From Octopus vulgaris (lineage: Eukaryota), in contig OX597827.1 of assembly GCA_951406725.2 (NCBI GenBank), positions 79,236,001-79,300,000 on the forward strand: 64,000 bases of DNA, in the 5' to 3' direction. The notes under the pieces are model-generated. The model had not been told where the DNA came from. It was given only the letters and a program-made list of their open reading frames with translations, and did no database searches. A program made the position numbers and the translations under genes. Positions 51,798 through 64,000 of the stretch are shown here, piece by piece; positions within the stretch are counted from its first letter, which is position 1; each line of letters begins with the position of its first letter.

Positions 51798-52567
51798 TTA
51801 ATATTGTCTGGTAAAATTTAGATTTTAGGGGCAATTTCATAAAGGATTAATAATAATTAGAGAAAGATAAAGTTCTAGAAAATATTAGTAAAAAAGTATA
51901 CTACAGTGTTTTTATGGAGAAGATTTAGGCCATGATAAAGTGGATAAAAAGATATTTTGCTCATTTATTCGGTTAATAACTCCACGGAATACTGTATGTT
52001 AAACTACACTTCAAATGATATACTAATATTAACCCTTTTACAGAGGAAATCAGACACAAACAATCAAAATATCATTAGCTTTAAGAGCAGAAACCAGTTT
52101 TATAGAGCAATCTATTTTTTGTTGAAGAATGTCATGTCTGAAGTTATTTTTTTGTTGAGATACATCAAGTTTATTGAAGCAGTATGACTTGCCAAAAATA
52201 CCAATTCTATTGTTTTTTGTAGATATTTAGCATCATTATTGGAATAACAAATAAAATTTCATATCACAGTTAAAGGGCTAATAACAAAGACGGAACAGCT
52301 AACATTATGTAGAAATATTTTACAATGATATTTTTTATGAATACAAAGATGAGGGATTATAAAATGTTGGAGTGAATTTACTTGATGGAAAAATATGTAG
52401 ATTAGAGTTCATTAAAGCTAGAGAAAGATTTAGATTTAGTTAGTTAATTATTACAACACAGACATACATTACTAACACCCAATCTTATTGGCTTTCAATC
52501 AATGTTTTCGAACAGTTAAATAAATTTATATACACCTTGTTTGGAGTATATCACATCAATGCATAGT

Positions 52568-52609
<42 letters not shown>

Positions 52610-52674
52610 TAATGTGTCTTATATGATTCTCATATTAAAAAAACATAATCCATCTAGAATTGTATTGCAGTTGT

Positions 52675-52831
52675 TGTTAATGGTGGAAGTCATGGCTAGA
52701 TCTCACGATCCTCCACTGTCCCAGTCCCTGTATATATACAACATGGCAGACATTTAGATATTATCCTTACCCTGTCTTTCATTAGAAACACAAATAATAT
52801 AAATGTTATAATGAATATAAAAAGATAATAA

Positions 52832-52884
<53 letters not shown>

Positions 52885-53291
52885 CTGCATTGTTTAATCC
52901 TTCACTGTAGTTGTGTGTGATGGATGATGTGTATCCTGCTGTAGTGTTCCACTCTAACTGCTGCTGCTGCTGCTGTAGTGGTATTATAGTGGTACTGCTG
53001 CTGTTGTAGTAGTGTTCCTGTGTTACTGCTGCTGCTGCTGTTCCTGTGTAACTGCTGATATAATAGTGTGACAGTTGCTGTATGTAGTGGGAGGTGAGAT
53101 GTTAGCCAGATGCTGGTGTGTGCTAGTTACAACTCTATGTCCTCCACACACACACACACACACACAATTGTGTGTATGATGAACAAAGAAAAAAGCTATC
53201 AGCCTCACTTTCAATATTGAAAGAAATATAGAAAATCTCTCTCATCCAATAGGAAATTACTGCAATGTTGTCTGTGTCACACAAACACATC
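52675..53291 (-). promoter_or_regulatory. Conserved promoter/first-exon block, gene G (donor after 52885)
   Basis: Copy of 2545-3135. Confidence 0.72.
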
Positions 53292-54118
53292 AAATAAAAG
53301 AAGCCACATGGAAGTAAAGCAGTTTGTAGTGCTAAGAATTTCGTTTGTGTTTAATATTAATAAGCAAAGAGATTTCGTATTTTACTATTAATTAATTCTA
53401 ATTAATAAACCTACTTGTTAGATAGTTATTCCTTATAATTGATAACAATTAAAATTATATTTTATGCTAAAATTGATTTTAAACTAAAGAGACAAACACC
53501 CTTAATGTCCGAGATGAAATATAAAAGGTATAAAACAAAACAATATGTTACAATGTTGTAAGTGTGAAGAAATTCATTCAAGCTATATGTTTATGAGGTA
53601 AATATTGGACTTCTGAAATTATCTCATTAAGGAATGATTAAGTCTCTAGCCATGTCAATATAATGTTGGGAGTAGCATTGGAACTTTTTCAAAAAAATAC
53701 TAATCCATCCCTAAAGGCTATAATGTAAATCCATCTGTAAAGTCTATAATGTAATATAATAAATTTAGAAACTTATCTGATTTTCGAGAACTCAAATTAA
53801 ATTTGAAGGAAATAAAAATGTGAAACAACTCAGTAAATCAACAAAAATATCATGTTTGTTTCAGATTAGAAATGAGTATTATATATTACAGATATGAACC
53901 TTAAAACTTAAATAAAAATATAGACACTCTATTTTTCAAATAGTTCTATAGCTATTTATGTAGTGAGCTGGAAATTAGGGAACATTACATATGACACAAA
54001 AGACTATTTATATGTGATGTGTGAAGAAATCATAGAGTTGATATTTTATATGAATATAAAGTATTATATAAGATTTGGTGTGTGAGAGAATCATTTAACA
54101 ATAGTCATGGAACATCTA

Positions 54119-54198
54119 CTATGTTGGCTGTAGATAGGTATCTTGTATTTGTTGTCCCTTTAGTATTGTGGCTGCAACTGGATTGTCATTGGTATATT
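54119..54198 (-). CDS. Pcdh: Pcdh H terminal coding exon
   Basis: As for gene B. Confidence 0.85.
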
Positions 54199-54362
54199 CT
54201 GCAAAATATCAAATATACAAACACAAATTACATTTCAATATAACAACTCCGATATATAAAGATAGAAACATTGATCTTATATTACACTAAGCATAACATT
54301 ATATATTGTCCTACAGTAATAAAGGCAATTACATTTATATGTTATGTTTTGATAAAAGTTAC

Positions 54363-54507
54363 CTGGTTCTGCAGGTATCTCATCATATGGTTTGGTCTTG
54401 CCATTACTCTTGCTAGCTTCTCTGTCCTTTTGGGATGTTAAGGTGTCACTGTTGTAAGACATGATGGAACTGGTGCGACGTTCTTGACTATGGATTGAAT
54501 CACATCT
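54363..54507 (-). CDS. Pcdh: Pcdh H cytoplasmic exon (145 nt)
   Basis: As for gene B. Confidence 0.88.
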
Positions 54508-54824
54508 CTGTCGATTATAGAAAAAGGAATCTTATATCAATACAAGTTCAGATCATTCCTAATAAAAGATTCTTTATATAACAAGGATTGTATTTAAATA
54601 ATGAATTTTGTAACTACTTAGCTGTCACTCTGACAATAAAGAACAATAAATTGAAAATGTCACAGATAAACCAAAAATTTTATATAAAGGAACAAAAAAT
54701 TTCATACACATGAGAATCTGAAAAGATGTTTGAAAGAAACATTTAAATATAGATCCATAACTCCCAAAAATAATTGGTATTCAAACTCAAAACGATATCA
54801 TCAGAGATGAAAAATAATATTTAC

Positions 54825-57221
54825 CTGAGGCACAGGTGGAAGTCTCCTTTGTGTTGTCGAGAATTTCCATTCATCTGGTGTCTGTTCCATCTCCAGAAAA
54901 AACTGACTTTTAGATTTTATTGTCTGAAGATTTCGGTTAAATATCTCTTCTGCATTTCTCGTTATTGCAACAGGATTGTTAGTCTGATACAGTAATTGTC
55001 TCATCTCAGTCTGAGAGAGAAAGTTGGGATTCTCTGCTGTTGTGGGTGAGTTATTTGTGTGATTAATACATCTGAAAACACACAGTGTTATGGACACTAC
55101 AATAGCCACAGATAGTATTACAGCTGCTGCTACAATGATAATTACCCAAGTCATATTCAGGTCGTGACCAGACTGGAATGGCACAGCAGTCAACATTGGA
55201 GATGTATCGTTACTAACAAACAGTGTTAGTATGATAGCAGTTGTTGCTGATTGAACTGGAGTACCACCGTCTTTCACTATAAACTGCAGCTCATATGTTC
55301 CTGCATCATTTTGGTAAACTGTGCGAGAGAAAGATAACACACCAGTGTGTGAGTTCACTGTAAACAGGTTTTTATCATTGGATCTCAGTATTCCATATGT
55401 GAGGAAAGCATTGTTTCCAGTGTCTTTGTCAGATGCCCTCAGAATTGTGATGTCCTTCTTACTGTGTGGATGATAGTGGACATCTAGATTGTAAGGGTCA
55501 TTATTAGGAAACGTAAAATACGGAGCATTATCGTTTTTATCTAGAATCTCAATAACAATATTGGCAGTGTCATTGAGAAAAGGTGTTCCATTATCTTTCA
55601 CTAAAACCTTGAACTTATAGATGTCTTTCATTTCTCGATCTATTGGTTGTGATGTAGAAATGAATCCATATTTTGTCAGTTGGAAAGGAATGTTATCATT
55701 GTTGTTATCATTGATGATAGAATACGTAAGTTGGCCTCCATCTCCAAGATCAGGGTCTGTAGCATTGATGAAGCCAATAGGGAAGTCAACTTTCTGGTTT
55801 TCATAGGTGAGGAATTGGAATGTCTCTTTGGTAAAATGTGGTTCTACATCATTGACATCAGTTACTTTGACAGAGAAATATTTTTTACTTTCTAGCTGAG
55901 GTGACCCCATGTCATGACACACAACAGATACTTTATAGTGGTCCCTCATTTCTCTGTCAAGATGGCCCTTAACAATCATTTTATATTCTTTAGAATCTAT
56001 TTTGGCAAGTTTAAATTTATCATGTTTTAAATCACAGATAACCTCACCATTAGGTCCACTATCAGTGTCAGTGACCATAACATAAGCTATAAAACTACCA
56101 ATTTTACTTGCTTCTGAAACTGCTGTTGAACTCTCTGATAAAGGAGATACAAAATCTATATTTATCAATGGAGCATTATTTTTGTTGTTAGTTATGTAAA
56201 TTTGAACTGCTGCAACAGTCTTTTTTGGTGGCTTCCCTCCATCTCTTGCTTCTACAAATAATTTATAAGATTGCTTTTTACTAAACTGAAAATTGTCATG
56301 TAAAAATAAATCTCCAGTTTTCTTATCTAATACAAAATATTTCTGGATATTTCGAGATGTTTTATGGTTGAAATGATAAGAAATTTTCCCATTGTCCCCA
56401 GAATCTTGATCAGTGGCTGCTAAAGTAAGAATTGGTAAATGTCTTTGATGTGAGTTAGTTATAGAGATGTTGTATACTTCCTCTGAAAATACAGGCGTAT
56501 TGTCATTGACATCTGTTACAGATATGTGTACCTTCAGTGTAGCTGTTTTGGGAGGGTTTCCTCCATCTTTAGCTTCCAGGGTTAACATATATGAGTCTTT
56601 TACTTCCCTGTCTAACTTATCTCCTAGAATTATTTCAGGTGTAAAAATACCCTTGTGTTTTGTGACTGAGAGAGAAAATGGTTCTCTCTTACTTTTCTTA
56701 ATCATATATATAATTTGAGAATTTTTAATTGAAATATCTTCATCAATGGCATTGAAAAGAGATATTTTAGTACCTTCAAGGTCTCTTTCTAGAAATTCAA
56801 TCTCAACTTCATTCTGTGGAAATTCTGGAGAATGGTCATTGATGTCTTCAATGAATATTTTTATTTTAAGAATTTTCATAAATGTTTCTTCTTTCCTCAC
56901 TGCTACCTTAACTATTCTGGAACATTCCTTGTTGTATGTACACAGAGACTCAGCATCCAGTGTCTGAGTAGTGTATAGTTTTCCTGAGTTGGTGACATTA
57001 AATAAGTGAGAACCACTCTCGACTGTCCTTTGTAGTTGTGTAAATGTAATGAGAGTGTGTTGTTGATGTGTGAGAGGGTGTGATAAGTTGGAGTCAACAG
57101 CAATGTCTCCTATATAGGTGTGAGGTCTGCCTTCTTCCTTGACATGGTATGTAAGATCTATGGACAGTACAAGGGTGATCAGTAAATGTAGAAGACACAA
57201 TAGACCAATATATGCTGTCAT
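54825..57221 (-). CDS. Pcdh: Pcdh H large exon, 799 aa
   Basis: ORF 54801-57221. Confidence 0.96.
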
Positions 57222-57259
57222 GTCTGAGATTCTTCATCACACTTTAGCAGGAGAAATTT
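57218..57259 (-). other. 3' half of spliced uORF, gene H ([13 protein letters not shown])
   Basis: GTAG acceptor, CTA AAG variants, ACATGA overlap. Confidence 0.6.
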
Positions 57260-57467
57260 CTACAAAAGACAACAAAGATATTTAGAGACTAAATAAAATT
57301 TAATAAAATCAATAATATTAATGCGCTAACTTTTTGTTACTGTACATATGTACCTTGGTGTGTGTCACACTTACTTCAAAGGAAGACATAAAATGTTGAA
57401 GGGAGAGGTACAATGAAAAAGAGAAATAAAAGGTGTTAAGCAGAGGAGGTATAGTTGAAGCGAATGG

Positions 57468-57855
57468 CAAAGTGGGAGAGAGGAGAGCGATAGAGAGGAA
57501 GTGAGAGAGAAAAACAAAGTGGGAGGGACAGTGAGTGGTGACTGAAAGGAAGGTGGCATTCCTCTTTTGGTTTTGAAATGTTTATCAGTATTTTCAAAGT
57601 AGACTGATGCACACATTGAAAGAGAAGTTGATACATAGGTCAAAAGAAAAGTAGATACATAAACACATTATTAAATTAAAAGTGGGAGAGAGGAGGGACA
57701 GAGAGGAAGTGAAAGAGAGTGAGAGAGACAGTGAATAGTGACTGAAAGGAAGGTGGCCTTCCGTTTTTTTGTTTTTAAAGGTTTATCAGTATTTTCAGAG
57801 TAGACTGATAAATACATTGAAAGAAAATTATATACATAGACACATTAATAAATCA
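57468..57855. repeat. Diverged ~200-bp tandem duplication
   Basis: aaagtgggagagaggag...gtgactgaaaggaaggtggc...tttatcagtattttca.agtagactgat occurs twice. Confidence 0.85.
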
Positions 57856-57929
57856 AAGAGAAATAACTACAGCAAATATTGGATGTCACTTTCATTTTTC
57901 CCTACTACACTAGGGTAAAATTAATGTGC

Positions 57930-58180
57930 AAGAGGCTGGGTACTCCACAGATGTGCATACCCTTAACATAGTTCTCAGGGAGATTCAGCTTCACACAGAA
58001 TGTGACAAGGCTAGCCTCTTTGAATTACAGCTGCAACTCATTTTTGCCAGCTGAATGGACTGCAGCAAGGTGAAGTAGAGTGCCTTGCTCAAGAAGACAG
58101 CACACTGCCAGGAATCGTACTCATGACCTTACGATTGTGGGCTGAACACCCCTAATCACTGAACCATGCACCTTCACTCT
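57930..58180 (-). mobile_element. SINE-like repeat
   Basis: GC-richer island ending in ctaatcactgaaccatgc (tRNA A-box-like on minus strand); related to 49490-49625. Confidence 0.55.
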
Positions 58181-58244
58181 CTTAACCATAGAGAAAATGA
58201 GTGAAACGATAGAGACGGAAAAGAACACCTCAGTCATTTAAAAT

Positions 58245-58271
58245 ATACATACATACATACATATATATATG

Positions 58272-58341
<70 letters not shown>

Positions 58342-58352
58342 AATATATATAT
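58245..58352. repeat. (TACA)n/(TA)n microsatellite
   Basis: direct reading. Confidence 0.95.
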
Positions 58353-58599
58353 AGGCATATATTATTGAAGGCATGTACAGATTTTATATATTAAGAAAAA
58401 GAAGGTAGTCAGGCTTTGCATTAAAAAAAACTATTTATTTAGTGTTTTCATCCCTTTCAGGCATTCAAAATGCTTGACATTTTGTCAATCTTCTGATGAG
58501 CCAAGCCAAACCTATTGCAATATTTCCATGTGTCTGATTACTGGTTACATACCCACTGCCTTTTGCATATTTCATCTGCATTCTATGTTTATTATGAAT

Positions 58600-60265
58600 A
58601 ATATGTAACTCCAAGCTGCCTGAGACAAACAGAAAACCAGAACGGCATTAAAGAGAATTAGAAATAAGATTAATGTACTCAGATCCGATAATGAAATGCT
58701 CAAGAATATAAAGAGCAAAAAATGTTAAGGTACCAACAGCTAAGAAAGTGGAAAGAAAACATGGCATAAGGACAAATGAAATTGATGAAGCAATTTGGGG
58801 ACAAAATCAAGCAAATGATTCAAACCAAAGCAGGATGTATAAAAGAGGCTTGAGAAATGATTAAACGTCTTCAAGGAAAACAGTTTGTTACAAAACAATT
58901 CTATAAACTGCGAAAGAAAATTGCAAAAGTTAATAGATCTATTAAAATCACATCCATTAAGAAGGAAATACAAAAGTTTTAGAAATTAATCTGGGAAAAA
59001 CATGGATTCACTGAATTCACTAGCAAGTCAGAGATACTGAACATAATAAAGAATGGATATGAGAAGGGGTTTCTATTGAAGATGTCAGGATTGTACTGAG
59101 AAAACCTGGCAAGTGGAAATCACCAAATGAGAATCCATAATTGCTGGCTGAATGCTCTCCTTCAATTCCAGGAGGGAGTGATCTAGCTGTTTAATATTAT
59201 TGTGCATGACTGGCATTAGAATTAACAAGGTTACTGAGGAAGTTGCAAGACGAAAACACCTTCAGCTGGAAAGGGAACAAGTTACACAGAGACGTTGCCA
59301 GTGCCAGTGCCATGTGACATTGTCAGTGCTGGTACCATGCAAAAAGCATGGTATTGGTGCCATATGAAAAGCACACTCTGTAAAGTGAGTGGTGTTAGGC
59401 AGGGCATCCAGCAATAAAAACCATAACATAACAGACAATGCAGCTTGGTGTAGCTCTTGACCATACCAGCTCCCTTCAAACTGTCCAATCCATGCCTGTA
59501 TGGAAAACTGGCATTAAATGATGAAGACCATCAGAAAATTTCTCCCTCGCTAGTAAATAAGGTAAGATACCTTGCAAAAGCAATTAGACTAAAAACCTCT
59601 AACACTATCCACCAAAAACAACCATGTAGAAAATACTAACATTCATTGTTATTGAACACATATATAACTTTCAAATGGATAAAGAAACAGTCCCCACTAA
59701 ACACAGTGGCTGTAAATGTGGCTTGTATGGGTGTGCAGACCAGCTTTTAATCAATAAAATAATTCCAAAGGAATGCCACAAATAACACAAACATTTTTTC
59801 ATTGAATGGATTGATTATAAAAAACCATTAGATAGAAATGCTTGGAAATTTATATAATCTCTTCAGTTATAGCAAATTTTCTATCAAATAATATGAAGCT
59901 CTAGAAGACAAACTGAATATCAAATTCAAAGACAAGTTCTGTGAATGCTGGTGACACTGATACAATGTGATTCTCTAATACCACCTCGCTCTTATTCTTG
60001 TAAGTAAGCTGTTGAATGACACAAGACATGGGTACAGAATATATGACAGATTAATCAATAGCCCACTTTACATGGATGATCTTGAGTTTTTCACAAAATG
60101 TGATTAATAACTGGAATGACTTTTATTGTTAAATTAATGACAATATTGAAATGGAGTTTCGCCTTGAGAAATGTGCTAAAGCCACGTTCTTTAAAGAAAA
60201 GCTCTTGAAAACATACAACATTTAGCTAGACAAGAGTACCCTAATCAAGGAATGAGATCCTGAAG
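58600..60265 (+). mobile_element. Highly decayed R4/Dong-like LINE fragment interrupted by a SINE (~59290-59530)
   Basis: Remnants WKSP (~59113), WIDYKK (~59808), YMDDL (~60069), MEF.LEKCAKA (~60150). Confidence 0.65.
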
Positions 60266-60711
60266 AAAACTACACTAAATTTTATTTATCAACATCTTCA
60301 TAATAATAATGATGGTGATGAAAGATACTTAGTTTTTTATACACAATGATATATATAACTGATACTTAATAAGGTATATATATATAGGGATATTAATGAT
60401 CTGGTAAAAGTTTATTAAAACTAGAGAAAGATTTAGATTTAATTAGTGAATTAATTCTGACAAAACAGATACCAACTATAATAACGGACATTATTAAAAC
60501 CCAGTTTTAATGGTTATTAATAAATGTTGTCTACAAATTGATAAATATATATATACATGTCTACTTCAGATTATATTGCACCTATATTGCATACATAATA
60601 TATAATAACAAAATATATAGTTTAATATCTCTTGTTAAATGTGTGATTTTGACATAAAAATAATTAGTCCATCAAGAAGTAATTATATTACAATGACTAC
60701 TGCAGTTCTTG

Positions 60712-61303
60712 TTGTTAATGGTGGAAGTGATGGCTAGATCTCTCGATCCTCCACTGTCCCAGTCCCTGTATATATACAACATGGCAGACATTTTAGATAT
60801 TATCCTTACTCTGTCTTTCATTAGAAACACAAATAATATAAATGTTATAATGAATATAAAAAGATAATAAAGAGAAAGAGAGAGAGACTTACCTGCATTG
60901 TTTAATCCTTCACTGTAGTTGTGTGTGATGGATGATGTGTATCCTGCTGTAGTGTTCCACTCCAACTGCTGCTGCTGCTGCTGTAGTGGTATTATAGTGG
61001 TACTGCTGCTGTTGTAGTAGTGTTCCTGTGTTACTGCAGCTGCTGCTGCTGTTCCTGTGTAACTGCTGATATAATAGTGTGACAGTTGCTGTATGTAGTG
61101 GGAGGTGAGATGTTAGCCAGATGCTGGTGTGTGCTAGTTACAACTCTATGTCCTCCACACACACACACACACACACACAATTGTGTGTATGATGAACAAA
61201 GAAAAAAGCTATCAGCCTCACTTTCAATATTGAAAGAAATATAGAAAATCTCTCTCATCCAATAGGAAATTACTGCAATGTTGTCTGTGTCACACAAACA
61301 CAT
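60712..61303 (-). promoter_or_regulatory. Conserved promoter/first-exon block, gene H (donor after 60893)
   Basis: Copy of 2545-3135. Confidence 0.72.
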
Positions 61304-62144
61304 CGAACAACAGAAGTCATGTTAAACAGAGGCAACATCACTTTTTCTATTTAATAAAAACACTACATTTATATATCTAATGCTAGGAAATAAGAGATTT
61401 GTATTAAAATATTAGATTTATAATATTTCTTGATATTTAATGAGTTAGTAACTTCACTAAAAGAATATGTATTCAGAATTTCTATCAGAGGGAAATTGTT
61501 TTTAGATTAAGTCACAAAAGGAATCTTTAGTTAAGAAGTTTACATGAATAGATAAACTGTAAACTTAGTAATTTGGAGAAACAAATATATTTCCAAGTTA
61601 AAAAATTTTAAATGCACATGATTTTCTCATATTTTCTGTAATATTTCATAAAATATGAAACATTTGAAAATTAATACCTAAGAAAACTTCAAATGTGAGC
61701 TGGTAGTTTTAGTATGTTGGCAATATAGGTAAATATTCAGTGCTAAATTACTGGTAGCTGTTAATAAAATTTAAGAAAAACTGAATATAAAAGAAAAACA
61801 GAAAATAATTTAGTATGATAATAATGAATGGGAGAATTGATATCAAAAAGCTATAATAACTAAACATTCTAGAACGACTCAGATGAATTAACCAATGTTT
61901 AGTGAAATGGCTAAAAGAAAACTGAGAGGAAAATAAATATTCTATAACAATGTTCTTTGGTAATGAAGAGTAGGATTTATTGAAATATTTTATGTAAATT
62001 AGGGGTCATAACAGATGCCAATGTAAAGCCCCTTATGTGTGATGTGTGAAACAGACATAGAGTTGATATTTGTATATGAATATAAAGTATTGTATAAGAT
62101 TTGGTGTGTGAGAGAATCATTTAACAATAGTCATGGAACATCTA

Positions 62145-62224
62145 CTATGTTGGCTGTAGATAGGTATCTTGTATTTGTTGTCCCTTTAGTATTGTGGCTG
62201 CAACTGGATTGTCATTGGTATATT
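62145..62224 (-). CDS. Pcdh: Pcdh I terminal coding exon
   Basis: As for gene B. Confidence 0.85.
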
Positions 62225-62388
62225 CTGCAAAATATCAAATATACAAACACAAATTACATTTCAACATAACAACTCCAATATATAAAGATAGAAACATTGA
62301 TCTTGTATTACACTAAGCATAACATTATATATTGTCCTACAGTAATAAAGGCAATTACATTTATAAGTTATGTTTTGATAAAAGTTAC

Positions 62389-62533
62389 CTGGTTCTGCAG
62401 GTATCTCATCATATGGTTTAGTCTTGCCATTACTCTTGCTAGCTTCTCTGTCCTTTTGGGATGTTAAGGTGTCACTGTTGTAAGACATGATGGAACTGGT
62501 GCGACGTCCATGACTATAGATTGAATCACATCT
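62389..62533 (-). CDS. Pcdh: Pcdh I cytoplasmic exon (145 nt)
   Basis: As for gene B. Confidence 0.88.
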
Positions 62534-62717
62534 CTGTGGATAGTAGAAAGTGGAATCCTGTATAAATACAAGTTTAGATCACTTCTAATAAAACAGTCTG
62601 AGGGACTGAAGTTGAGTTTTTTGTAGTAATAACTGTACATAGATGAATAATGGATAAAATACTTCTACCTTCATAATAATAAGCAAAAAAACATCAATTA
62701 TCCAAAATAATATTTAC

Positions 62718-64000
62718 CTGAGGCACAGGTGGAAGTCTCCTTTGTGTTGTTGAGAATTTCCATTCATCTGGTGTCTGTTCCATCTCCAGAAAAAACTGAC
62801 TTTTAGATTTTATTGTCTGAAGATTTCGGTTAAATATCTCTTCTGCATTTCTTGTTATTGCAACAGGATTGTTAGTCTGATACAGTAATTGTCTCATCTC
62901 AGTCTGAGAGAGAAAGTTGGGATTCTCTGCTGTTGTGGGTGAGTTATTTGTGTGATTAATACATCTGAAAACACACAGTGTTATGGACACTACAATAGCC
63001 ACAGATAGTATTACAGCTGCTGCTACAATGATAATTATCCAAGTCATATTCAGGTCGTGACCAGATTGGAATGGCACAGCAGTCAACATTGGAGATGTAT
63101 CATTACTAACAAACAGTGTTAGTATGATAGCAGTTGTTGCTGATTGAACTGGAGTACCACCGTCTTTCACTATAAACTGCAGCTCATATGTTCCTGCATC
63201 ATTTTGGTAAACTGTGCGAGAGAAAGATAACACACCAGTGTGTGAGTTCACTGTAAACAGGTTTTTATCATTGGATCTCAGTATTCCATATGTGAGGAAA
63301 GCATTGTTTCCAGTGTCTTTGTCAGATGCTCTCAGAATTGTGATGTCCTTCTTACTGTGTGGATGGTAGTGGACATCGAGATTGTAAGGGTCATTATTAG
63401 GAAACGTAAAATACGGAGCATTATCATTTTTATCTAGAATCTCAATAACAATATTGGCAGTGTCATTGAGAGAAGGTGTTCCATTATCTTTCACTAAAAC
63501 CTTGAACTTATAGATGTCTTTCATTTCTCGATCTATTGATTGTGATGTAGAAATAAATCCATATTTGGTCAGTTGGAAAGGAATGTTATCATTGTTGTTA
63601 TCATTGATGATAGAATATGTAAGTTGGCCTCCATCTCCAAGATCAGGGTCTGTAGCATTGATGAAGCCAATAGGGAAGTCAACTTTCTGGTTTTCATAGG
63701 TGAGGAATTGGAATGTCTCTTTGGTAAAATGTGGTTCTACATCATTGACATCAGTTACTTTGACAGAGAAATATTTTTTACTTTCTAGTTGAGGTGACCC
63801 CATGTCATGACACACAACAGATACTTTATAGTGGTCCCTTATTTCTCTGTCAAGATGACCCTTAACAATCATTTTATATTCTTTAGAATCTATTTTGGCA
63901 AGTTTAAACTTATCATGTTTTAAATCACAGATAACCTCACCATTAGGTCCACTATCAGTGTCAGTGACCATAACATAAGCTATAAAACTATCTACTTCAC
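62718..64000 (-). CDS. Pcdh: Pcdh I large exon, 3' part (EC4-EC6, TM); 5' end lies beyond the window
   Basis: ORF 62694-63971; frame stays open to the window edge. Confidence 0.94.

Overview
AT-rich, microsatellite- and transposon-laden animal DNA, most consistent with an octopus (coleoid cephalopod) protocadherin cluster; the organism is inferred from gene family, repeat types and composition. Nine head-to-tail minus-strand protocadherin genes are present, labelled A-I from low to high coordinate. A and I are cut by the window edges; B and G each carry a 1-bp frameshift that is probably an assembly error. Proposed unit, read on the minus strand: a near-identical ~570-bp promoter/first-exon block ending in ...TAAACA ATG CAG|GTAAGT; a 1.5-5.6 kb TE-filled intron; an acceptor and 38-nt leader; one ~2.4-kb exon (signal peptide, 6 EC domains, TM, proximal tail); a 145-nt exon; and a terminal exon with 80 coding nt. 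The protein is ~874 aa. Each gene has its own tail exons, so there are no vertebrate-style shared constant exons here. Main findings: (1) a spliced 15-aa uORF (MQ|[13 protein letters not shown]) with mostly synonymous variation, whose TGA overlaps the protocadherin ATG (ATGA) in all 8 visible copies; (2) charge-swap co-variation between EC1 residue 112 and EC4 residues 372-376 in 7/7 genes despite apparent recombination between them, suggesting a vertebrate-like antiparallel EC1:EC4 recognition code; (3) a replicated candidate promoter cassette with a CCAAT box and two palindromes; (4) diversity confined to EC2-EC3, with the rest homogenised; (5) an EC3-EC4 junction lacking its Ca2+ ligands. 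All splice models come from sequence and paralog comparison, not transcript data.
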